64,000 nt of DNA from the human T2T-CHM13v2.0 reference genome, Homo sapiens. Numbering within the stretch: the first letter of the stretch is position 1; each line of letters begins with the position of its first letter. A program made the translations under genes and the position numbers. Below are positions 1 through 26,683 of the stretch, one piece after another. The stretch is from NCBI RefSeq assembly GCF_009914755.1, contig NC_060948.1; one strand, written 5' to 3'. The notes below the pieces were generated by a model, which was not told the origin of the DNA, did not search any database, and was given only the letters and a program-made list of their open reading frames with translations.

Positions 1-753
1 TTCTCTTTTTAGCTGTCACGACACACAGCTCTTGAGGTACTTGGTGACAGTACAGTGCAGTCTTTCCTGGGCATTACTCTTTGCTCTCCCGAAAACCCAC
101 TAACGGGTTGTGTGTATAATAAGGTTTTATTTTATTTTATTTTATTTTTTACTGCAAAATTATTGGAGGATAAAGTGTATTCTGGGAGAAGTCTAATTAG
201 AAAGAGTTAGCAAAGGCTTATGCTTTTTCACTAACATTTTCTCAGATGGTACTGAACAACTTCAGTAGGTATCTTGTTCTCACCTTTATTTCTAGTGATG
301 AGATTCCCAGTTCTCTAAGCCATCAGCTCTAAAGATCAGAGTATCTCCCTTTGCAAAATGTCCATTAAATCTTTGCTGATGTTATTATCCCTGTACCTGA
401 CTCTATCCTTAAATAGTAAGGCTTCCTTTATTCTTGTAGGGTAGAACTTTTAAACTGAGTGATGCCTAAAAATGTTCTCAATAAAGAGAGTATCTCCAAA
501 ACACGTCGGATTTGTTTAAAGAGGAAGTGTGGATTTTTTGATCTTAGAAAGGAAACGAGATAAAATATTAAACGACTTTAATTTTTGTATGATCATGCCT
601 AGCCTCATTCCTCTAAAATATAATTTAAAGTGGATTCTGTTACATGGTATCACAATAGAAGGGGAATGATCAGGGTTTGGTTAATTCTGGTAAATTGAAA
701 ACAATTTTTTTTTTATCATATGTGCCTCAGAAGGCACACAAAAGAAGTATAGT

Positions 754-1055
<302 letters not shown>

Positions 1056-2812
1056 AAAAGAAGTATAGTAATACAGTGAACTCCTAGAAATCCATACCTC
1101 TAGGAATTATAACCTAGATTCATTAAAGTCCTCTGTTACCCTTCCCAAATTTATTTTTCTTAAGATAATACCCATCCTGAATTGAATGTTTTTATTGTTG
1201 TGTAAAATTAGTGTTATCTTCTGGGCTACTTACTTGAGGGATACTTTTGAAGACCCCTAAATATTATGAGATGAGACTTACTAATGTAGAAATAAAACTT
1301 GCTCATTTGGTTTTCTGTGTCTTTTTTGTTGTTGTTTTTTTCGTTTGAAAATCCAGATGCCTGTCAGTATTGTCGTGGTGAGGTTTATCCAAATAAACAT
1401 GTAAATGAGCATGGGCCATATGTGGAATTACTTTTTCTTTGCATGCATTAAGCTGGTATTCTACAAAAATCTTAGAAACCCATCCTCACATCAGGAAAAG
1501 GGCATCCTTTGGCCTATACTTGTGAAGAGCTAGAGTAAGGTGCTCCCCACCTTTGAGATTGCTAAAGTTGTCATTCTTTTGGAAATTTATGAGCTAATCA
1601 TCATTTAGTCATTTGAAAAGCTGCCAAACTTTTGTAAAACCCAGTAAGGAAAGCAGGTATGATCTTTGTCCTGACGCAGCTAAGTTCAGGCACGATTAAT
1701 TGCTCGAAATATAGAATGTGTTTTCCTTTGTAGAAATTTAGTTTTGGCATGCCCTAAAATGCATCAGAATCTGGATAAATCACAGAGTTCTGGAAGCCCA
1801 ATTGTCTTCTATAGTGGCACAGAACAATGTGAGACTGCCCCAGAGGTAGTGGGTGAATTCAAGAAGTTAGATGTCTGGCTTTATGGTGGCCAGGTATATG
1901 TTTTATTCTATTTGCAGTGTTAACATTTTTATTCAAATTCTTCAATCGATCCCTTAATATTACTGTAATTTGTAGCCTTTCTCCCTCCTTTTGGAAACGG
2001 CCGCTACTTTGGTTTACGTTCTCTAATGGGGATACAATGTTATGGAGAAGTACCCCAGTCCCTTGATAATTCAATAGAAAATATCACAAGGAAATACTCT
2101 GGATGTGTTTAGTAATAAGCAAAAACTTAAAAATAGAGTGAAACATGATGGCAGTTGAAACAGTTATCAAAAGTCTAAGGAAGTGTGTATGTAAACTTTA
2201 AACTAGAAATTATATTTCTATTCATTTATCTTGTGAAATTTGTTTGTAGAATAATATTCAATGCAGCATTATATAATAAAATTAAAACATTGGAAGAAAT
2301 TAAATTATTAAGTATACTTTAACCATTAAAATGTTGGTCCAGATCTGCAGTTATTGAAATGAAAATGAATATTCAGGACAAATTATTTAGTGTAGTTAAA
2401 ATATGCTGTAGAAGAAAATGAATGAAGTCCTGTTTTTATTTGGAAAGCGTGAACAAAATATTCATAATAGTTATCTTTGGGTGATAAAATGTTTCTATTA
2501 TATAGTTTCATATAAGATGTATTCTTATTTCAGAAGTATCCAAACAAATGTCCAAGAAGGATAGTATTGATATATATCGGGTAAAAGACTTAAAGAGAAC
2601 CTTTGACAGGTCCTGTTAATGAGGTAATATTAATGTTGTAATGTAAATAAATTTAAACACATTTATTATGTGTTTAAATGATATATTTTTAATTTTCCTG
2701 CAAGTGGTTTCAAAAACACACTTCAAAAGCCTTATTTTGTTTTATAGTTTAGTTTATATGATATTATGTAGATTTTTACATTAATTTTTTATCTACTCTT
2801 TTAATTAATTAG

Positions 2813-15552
<12,740 letters not shown>

Positions 15553-15805
15553 ATTGAACCAAGTGTTTTTACATGACAAGTTCTCTGAGGATGGTTCTAC
15601 AGTTGGGATTTTGGCCATCATCAACCAAGAAGAGAAATTCATTTAGTGTGTAGTTTCTGAAAGCAAACTGATTTATTTTCATTGTTTTAAAGTATTTATT
15701 TCTTTAAAAGCTGAGGACACTGAATTACCTTAAGTTAAATGTTAATACTTTATTGTTTTGATGTAATGGAACTTAAGGATAAAAGACCATAATATTTGCT
15801 GTTAA

Positions 15806-15815
15806 AATAAATAAA
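15806..15815 (+). terminator. Proximal polyadenylation signal (overlapping AATAAA x2)
   Basis: AATAAATAAA in the 3' UTR. Confidence 0.65.
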
Positions 15816-16341
15816 CGAGTGCCTTTCCTACTGTGATAACGTCAAGTAATTGGATATTTTGAATACATTTCTGCCTGATAATCATGCTGGGTTCTAATAA
15901 GCCCTACTTCCACCTAATCTGTTTACAGTCTTTTGGTATGTTTCAGTTACTTAGATGGTCTCATAAGGTTTCTGATACAATTTGAAGACAGAAATCTGCA
16001 TTTAGAATCAGAAAACATGGACATATTTTTCATATTTATCTAGTCATATGTAATTTTATGCTAACATTGATAGTTTATAAATCCTTTTCATCCTTTGTGC
16101 CTCGGTTATTAAGGAAAAAAAAATGTCCAACATACAGTTTTTAAAGTGTGGCAGTTTTGAGTAGTAACTTAGAATGTATAAGATTAAGAGTTAAAGAAAC
16201 CGAACAATAAGTGGCAACCAATTATCTTAACATTGGAAATACTGGGGTGCCATTTTGTTTTCAAAAGTTATTCATTGTAATCCACTGTTTTGGCTTTCAT
16301 GAACAAGTAAATTACAGTGTATAAATGAAAAGCAATTTCAT

Positions 16342-16347
16342 AATAAA
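16342..16347 (+). terminator. Distal polyadenylation signal
   Basis: AATAAA at the end of the unique UTR-like sequence. Confidence 0.65.
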
Positions 16348-16429
16348 TTCTATAAACTGAGCCATTCTCAGACTGTCTCTAAACTGCCATAGGAGGAAGC
16401 AACCGTACTGAATGGAAAGATAGTTTCAG

Positions 16430-17492
<1,063 letters not shown>

Positions 17493-17625
17493 GATTTTTT
17501 TTTTTGGATACATGCTAGTAAGAATTTATATCATAATCTTCCCTTTTAAAGTTTTGTTCTGAAAGTTATAAGGTGAATATAAAGGCTGGACTTGTTAAGA
17601 GTTTACTGGGTACTGTTAAATCTTA

Positions 17626-19009
<1,384 letters not shown>

Positions 19010-19944
19010 TAAAAGGAGAGTCTTCAGTTAGTTTGTGAAACATGGTATTTGTTCTCCTGAAAATTTTTCAATAATGAAAATATAAAGGGAATCTGTCATC
19101 CCATGGTTTTAGTAATACAAATATATATGTGAGAGAGAGAAAAACTTCCTATGGCTTCTTAAAATCTTGCCATTTTATTTATTTAATGTGAAAACTCTGG
19201 ATTCAAAATCTAAGGCCAGAAAGTTGGTACATTATTAAATCTAAGAATAAGAAATAAAAGCTCACAGTATATGCAATAATCCCACTTACAGTAACCACAA
19301 ATAAAACAAAATAGCTAGGAATACAGGTAACCAGAGGTGGAAGATTCCTAAAAGGAGACAAAACACTGTCAAAAGAAATCAGAGATGACACAAATAAACA
19401 TTTCATGCTACTGGGTTGAAAAAGTCAATATTGTAAAAAATGGCTATACTGCTGAAAGCAATTTTTAGATTAAACTACCAATGCCATTCATTCTTCACAG
19501 AACTAGGAGAAAAAAAAATTAAAAATTCATGTAGAAACAAAAAAGTACCCAAATAGCCAAGCAATCCAAAGCAAAAGGAACAAAGCTTCAGGCCTCACAC
19601 TGTCTGACTTCAAAGAATACTACAAAAGCACAGTAACCAGAACAGCTTGGTACTTGCGCAGAAACAGACACATAGACCAATACAATAAAACTCAGAAATA
19701 AAGCCACACATGCATAATCATATGATCTTTGACAAGGCCAACAAATGGGGAAAGGACTTCTCATTCAGTGACTGATGCTAGAATAACTGGCTAGTCATAT
19801 GAATGCAGAATATTAAAGCTGGACTTGTGTCTTTCACCATATACAACAATTAAGGCTTCAATCTGGGAAAGCTGACTGGAAAGAAAAACTCAAGATGGAT
19901 TAAAGATTTAAATGTAATACCACACACTAAAAATTCTGGAAGAG

Positions 19945-21397
19945 AGTATTTCTGCTACTGATGAGCAAGATTGCTGAATGGAAGGTTCCACTTATTTTTG
20001 CCACCACAGGAACACCAAATTTAATAACTGTCTCAAAAATGAAATGAAAAACCTGGTGAGCTCTCACAGTACCTACTTCTAAATTAATACTGCTGGAAAT
20101 GGAACTAAAGAGAGTAAGACAGACAGTCTTGAATTACAGACCCCACCTCTGCCCACCCACCAGCAGTGGCTGTGTGGCATGGCAAGATAATGTGTGCTAG
20201 TGAAAGGGAGAACACAGTGATTGTGAGACTTTGCATTTAACTCAGTGGTGTCTTGTCACATTGGAAAGCAAAACTGTGCTAAACTCAGCTGATGCCTGTC
20301 TATGAAGGGAACATTTAGACCAGCCCTAACCGGAGAGGAATTGCCCATTCCAGCAGTCAGAACTTGAGTTTTGGCCAACCTCACCACCAGAAGCCAAAGT
20401 GTTCTGGTGACCTACATAATCCTAAAAGGTAACCTAGGCCACAAAGACTGCAAATCCAAGACAAGTGCTAGTTCTGGGTTAGGCTGAAAACCAATGAACT
20501 TGGGGGCCACATGAGACAACAGCTGGGTTGGCTGAGGGAGTGCTTTCACCATCCCTCCCTCAACCCCAGGCATCACAGTTCATGACTCTAAAAGATACCC
20601 CTTATTTCCACTTAAGGACACAATAGAAAAAAGTAGAAAAGACTTTGTCTTGCATCTTGGGTACTAGGCCACAGTAGGATAGGGCAACTGGTCAGTGTTG
20701 TGAGGCCCCACTATTTATAATAGCCAAGATTTTGAAACTACCTCAGTGGCCATCAACAGAAGGATGAATAAAGAAATGTGCTACAGATGCGACAGATTTC
20801 TATTTAGCTATAAAAATAATTAGATCCTGTAACTTGTAACAACCCAGATGGAACTAGAGTTTATTATGTTAAGTGAAATGAGTTGGGTACAGATAGAGAA
20901 ACTACACATGGTCTCACTTATCTGTGTCGGAGCTATAAGTTAAAACAATTGATATCATGGAAATAGAGCATGGAAGGGTAGATAATAGGCTGGTAAGGGT
21001 GTGAGAAAAGGGGGACAGTTAATGGAGCTATAAGTTAAAACAATTGATATCATGGAAATAGAGCATGGAAGGGTAGATAATAGGCTGGTAAGGGTGTGAG
21101 AAAAGGGGGACAATTAATGGATACCAACACTATTTGCAATGAGTGAATATTATCTAGTATATGCTACCACAATTGAGCATAGGTGAAAATAATTGTATTT
21201 TTAAAAAATAACTAGTCAAAATTAATTACATATTTTTAAATAACTAAAGGAATAGAAAGATTGTAACACAAAGGATAAATGCTTGAGGTGATGGATATGC
21301 CATTTGCTATTATGCATTTCATGGCTGTATCAAAATATCTCAAATAAGCCATTAAATGTGTGCACCTTGTTTGTACTTCCCCCAAAATTAAAAATTA
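19945..21397 (+). mobile_element. Internally deleted L1MA-type element (5'UTR-like segment joined to 3' end)
   Basis: gagcaagattgctgaatggaagg 5' start; junction at ~20708 to cactatttataatagccaag; L1MA 3'UTR; flanked by aaattctg(g/a)aaga. Confidence 0.6.
20929..21118. repeat. 95-bp tandem duplication
   Basis: Copies at 20929-21023 and 21024-21118 with one mismatch. Confidence 0.95.
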
Positions 21398-22479
21398 AAT
21401 TCTGAAAGACAAGCTAAGAAATACTCTCCTTGATGTCAATTTTGGCAAATAATTTTGGGCTAAGTTACATATAGCAATTGCAACAACAAAACAAATATAG
21501 GCAAGTGGAACTAAAAGACTTATGCATGGCAAAAGAAATTGTCAACAGAGCAAACAAATAACCTACAGAATCAGTGAAAATATTTACAAACTATACATCC
21601 AACAAAGGCTTAGCATCCAGAACATGTAGTAAACTGAAATGAATCAACAAGGGAAAGCCTCATTAAAAAAATGGGCAAAGATCATTAACACTTTTTATAA
21701 GATGTACAAGTGGTTAACAAATACATAAAAAAGCGGTTCAGCATCACTAATCATCACAGAAATGCAAATCAAAACCACAATGAGATATCAACTAACACCA
21801 GTCTGAATGGCCATTATTAGTAAGTCAAAAACCAACAGAGGCTGGCAAGGCAATGGAGAAAAGGAAACACATATAAACCCTGTTGGTGATAATATAAATT
21901 AGTCCAGGCACTGTGGAGAGCAGTTTGGAAATTTCTCAAAGAACTCAAAACTGAACTACCATTCAACCCAGCAAGCCAACTACTAGGTGTATACTCAATA
22001 GCAAATAAATTATTCTACCAAAAAGACACATGCACTCATATGTAATCACTTCTGTTCACTATAGCAAAAACATGGAATCAACCTTGGTGGCCATCAGTGG
22101 TAAACAGGATAAAGAAAATATGCTGTATGTATGCTGTGGAACACTATGCAGCCATAAAAACAATGAAATAATACTGTTTGCAGCAATATGGATGGAGTTA
22201 GAAGCCATAATCCTAATCAATGCAGAAACAAAACCAAATACCACATTTTCTCACAAATTGAAGTTAAGCATTGAGCACACATTGGCATAAATATAAAAAC
22301 TAGATGACTGGAAATGACAGGTGGGCGAGGGGATTGAAACCTACTTACTGGGTACTGTGCTACCCACCTGAGGTGATGGGATTTGTACTCCAAAACAGTA
22401 TCCCACGATATTCTCATGTAACAAATCTGCACCTGGACTTTTATATCTGAAAGTTAAGATTTAATAATAATAAATAAGA

Positions 22480-25010
22480 GAAGACATGAATAACCAAAAT
22501 CAGAAATAAAACAATTACAATGATTAGAATAGAACTACAGAAAATTATTACAGACTGTTATGAGCAACACTATCAAACTGGAAAATTTTAAATGACATTG
22601 ATAAATTCCTGGACATGTAAAACAAAATCAGAAAAAAAATAGATAACCTCAACAGACCAGTAATAACAAAACTGACTCAGTAATAAAATATTTCCAACAA
22701 ATCCAGAACCAAATGGCTTCATTGCTGAATTCTACTAAACTTTAAACATAGAACTAACATTAATTTTACCTGTCTACTCAAACAAAATTAAAGAGGCATG
22801 GCTTCTCCCTAATTCCATGAGGCCAACATTACCCTGATACCAAAATTATACAAAGATTTAAGAAAAAGAAACAACTACAGGCCTATATTGCTGATTAGCA
22901 GAGATCCACAAATTCTCAACAAACTACTAGCAAAGTGAATCTAATAATACATTTTGAAGATAATACCCCATGATCAAGCAGAATTTATCTGATGAATGAA
23001 AAGATTTTCAACATATACAAATCAACATGGACACATCACATTGAGAGAATAAAAGACAAAAATGACATTATCTCAATAGATGCAGAAAAACATTTGATAA
23101 AATTCAACATCACTATGATTTATGAAAACACTTTGGCATGGAATGAATATACTTCAACATAGTAAAGGCCATATATAACAAACACATAGCTAATATCATG
23201 AATGTGGAAAAGCTGAAAACATTTTCTCTAAAAACTAGAATAAGACAAGAATGCCTTCACTCAGCACTCCAGTTCAATATAGTATTACAAGTCCAAAGCA
23301 GAGCAACAAAAGAAATTTAATTCAAATTGAAATAAGGGCGGTCAGATTATCTCTTTGTAGAAAAATCTAAACCAATTGCATATTGAAGAAACCTAAGAAA
23401 GCCTGCTTAAAAGCCAACACCTAACACTAATTAAAAGAGTTTTCTGTGAGATCCAGTAAAGACGGCGATCCCCCTTTTTTTTTAATCACTTGTATTTAAC
23501 TTATTCCTGCAATTTTTAGTCACAGATACTAGGAAGAAAGAAATGCATTCAAATGGAAGGTTTGGACATCTTTTATGTCTTCCAAAGGGAAAAGGTAAAA
23601 TTATCTCTAGATGCAGATAGCACGTTCTTACATGAAGAAGAGCCTAAAGACTCTATCTCCCTGTCCCGTCCCCACAAAATACCCACAAAACAAAACTATA
23701 AACACTAGTAAATGGACTCGGTGAAGTTCCAGAATACAAAATCAACATACAAAATTAGTGACGTTTGTATATATCAATAACAAACTGTCTAAAAGTAAAA
23801 TATAAAAGTATTCTTTGAAAAGAGTGAAAGACAAATGAAAAAATCATTTCATTTGTATTAAGTACTACAGTTGGAGCAAGCAATAAAAATGTTCAAATTC
23901 TAAGAGAACAAACTAGTGAGAAAGTTAGTTTGGAGACTGAGGACTTTGAAGAGTTCCACATACAATGAAGTTTCTAAAAAGCCATCTGCATTTTCAGGGA
24001 AGGATACATGCTCAGAAAGTCCCAGTAGTTCTTTCTCTAACCTTTGTTTTATCTAAAATGTTCAATATAAGCAGAGAGAGTAAATATTGATAAGGAATTG
24101 TAAACAACTGTCCAATCATTGAAGAAGTACGCTACAAGGAAAAAAAAAAAACTCTTTGGACAATGGAGAATATTTTTCTACTTTTTCTTCCTATCTTCCT
24201 ACAGGTGTGTAAAAAATTTCTGTCAAACCTCAAACTAGTAACAAGCAAAATGAACAAAGGTTTTATGACCCTGAGGGACAAAAAACAAATAGAAAGCCTT
24301 CATTATTGTTCACTTTATTGCTATGAGATGCCTTTCAGCCTGTAGTGGAGAGAGTGAACACTGAGATAAAAGTAGTGGATTTCCTGATTTAAGGATATGG
24401 ACATACTGGTACTGGAACCAATCCCTCATGGATACAGAAATATGACTGTGTAGACTGTTCTCAAAAACATTAAAAATAGAACTATCATATAATTAAGCTA
24501 TCCTTTTATGTACATTCAAAGAAAAAATAATGGAATACAGTTCAGCATTAAAAATAAAGTTCTGCTATTTGGGAAAACATGGATAAACCTGGAGAATATT
24601 AACAAGACACAGATAATGCAAATAGAAAAAATACTAATATTGGATGATCACACATATGTGAAGCTTTTATAAGTGAACTAGATAGAAGATAATAGTAGAA
24701 TTCTAATTACCAGGGAGAGGATAGGTGTGGGAAAAATTAGGAGATGTTAGTTAAAGGGTTTTAAGTTTCAGTTATGTAAAATAAATAACTTCTAAAGATA
24801 ATTGCACAGCTTGGTGACTAGAGGTAATACTGTATGTACTTCAAATGTTAAGACAGTAGATGTTAAGTATTTTTTTGCAAACAAAAATAGTAACTTTGGA
24901 AATCTAAATATGTGAATTAGAGTGACTATAGTGATTATTTTGCCACAAATAATGTATATCAAAACATGCTGTACCCTTCAAACATACAATTTCAATGTCA
25001 TTTTTAAAAA
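22480..25010 (+). mobile_element. Mosaic of old L1M ORF2 and 3'UTR fragments
   Basis: Degenerate ORF2 motifs (ccatgatcaag, gatgcagaaaaacatttgataaaattcaacat); L1MA/MB-like 3'UTR at ~24450-25010. Confidence 0.65.
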
Positions 25011-25011
25011 A

Positions 25012-25970
25012 AATTATTTGCGTATATTTTCATCAGGAATACATTTGTTGATAGTTTCCTTTGTTGTTGTGTCCTTGCCTGGTTTGAGAATCACAATAAT
25101 AATAACTTTGTAGAATGAATTAGGAAGAAGTTTATTCTCACTGACTTTTTGGAATAGTTTTACCATAAATTTTATCAAGTCTTCTTTGTGTGGTTGTAGA
25201 ATTTGGCTGAAAATTCATTCATTCCTGGTCTTTTTTCTTGTTTGGGAGATATTTATTACTTACTTAATATTCCTACTCATTACTTTATTGCTGATTCACT
25301 CTTGCTACTTGTTGCTCTGTTCAGGATTTCTCTTTTTTCCTTGTACAATCTTGGTAGCTTGTATGTTTCCAAGAACGTATCCATTTACTCTTGTTTTCTA
25401 CTTGGTGAGCATATAGTTGTTCATAAAAACCTCAACAAAATACTCTCAAGTAAAATCCAATAATACATTCAAATATAATATACCATGACGAGTGATTTTA
25501 TACAAAAATGCAAGGTCAAGATATCCAAATGAATAAATGTGATTTACCACATAAACATAATTAAAACAAAAACCATGTAATCAGAACAAATGCACAAAGA
25601 AGATAATGCCTCAAATTTTTTTCAAAAAGGTCATAGACAACAAACTCACAGCCAACATCATACTGAATGGAAAAGTTTGAAAGCATTATGTCTAAGAACT
25701 GACACAAGATAAGGCTGTGTCTACTATCACTCCTAGTATTTATCGTAGGAATAGTAGTTCTAGACAGAGAAGTCAGGCAAACAATGGAGACAAAAAGTAT
25801 CCAAATTTTTGGGAATGCAAAAGTTATACTTGCTTGCTGATAATATTTTATATGAAGAAACATCTTAAAAGTTCCACCAAAAACTGTTTGATAAATAAAT
25901 TTGGTTTCAGGATACAAAACCAATGTACAAAAATTAGTAATGTTTCTCTAAACAAATAACGATTCAAATC
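25012..25970. mobile_element. Old L1 ORF2 with an inversion junction at ~25423
   Basis: Antisense 25012-25423, then sense from aaacctcaacaaaatact. Confidence 0.65.
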
Positions 25971-26683
25971 ATTCATTCAAATAAGCACTCTGACTTTCCA
26001 GTGCCAGGCTTTTTTGGTTACTGAAGCCATGAAGTATTGTTTGAAGTTGAGTAATGTGATGTCTGCAGCTTTATTCTTTCTGCCTAGGATTGGTTTGGCC
26101 ATTGAAACTATTGTTTGATTTTAAATAGATTTCAAAATTGATTTTTCTAATTTCTGAAAAAAGTCATTGATAATGTGATAGAAATAGCATTAAACCTGTA
26201 AATTGATTTCGGCAGTGTGACTGTGTTAAAAATACTGATTCTTGCTCTCCATAGCATGGAATATATTTTTTAAAATCTCTGATTCCATTCATTAGTTTTG
26301 TAATTTACCTTGTAGACATCTTTTACCACCCTTGTTAGCTTTACTCATGAATATTTTACTCTTTCTGTGGCCATTTGATAGGATCATATTATCAGTTTGT
26401 TTATTAGCTTGGACCTGCTTGCTTTATAGAAAGCTATAGATTTTTGTGTATTGATTTTGCATCACAAAACTTTGCCAAAGCTACTTATCAAATTTAGAAG
26501 CTCCGGTCACAGATTATTAGGTTTTGAAAATTGTCAGTTCATGTATTTTGCTAGGGTTTTTTAGGTATAGAATTCTAAGATCTGTACAAAAAGGTAGTTG
26601 GTTTCCTCTCTTCCTATTTGGAAGCCTTTATTTATCTTACCTGATTTATCTGGGTACTATCTTGAGTAAGAGTAGGAATCCTT

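Larger units (their letters stand above)
15553..16365 (+). other. EIF1AY: EIF1AY 3' UTR (end approximate)
   Basis: AT-rich, repeat-free sequence after the stop codon, ending shortly after the distal AATAAA and before the Alu cluster. Confidence 0.75.
19250..22480 (+). mobile_element. Older L1 (L1PA15/16- or L1PB-like) 3' part, interrupted at ~19945-21397
   Basis: Degenerate ORF2 3' sequence is collinear across the interruption; ends in an A-rich tail. Confidence 0.75.

Noticed and set aside
1-750. Promoter or CpG island
   Set aside because: CpG-poor intron 1 sequence; exon 1 is not in the window.
19852-19888. ~35-bp non-L1 insert within an old L1
   Set aside because: Too short to assign an origin.
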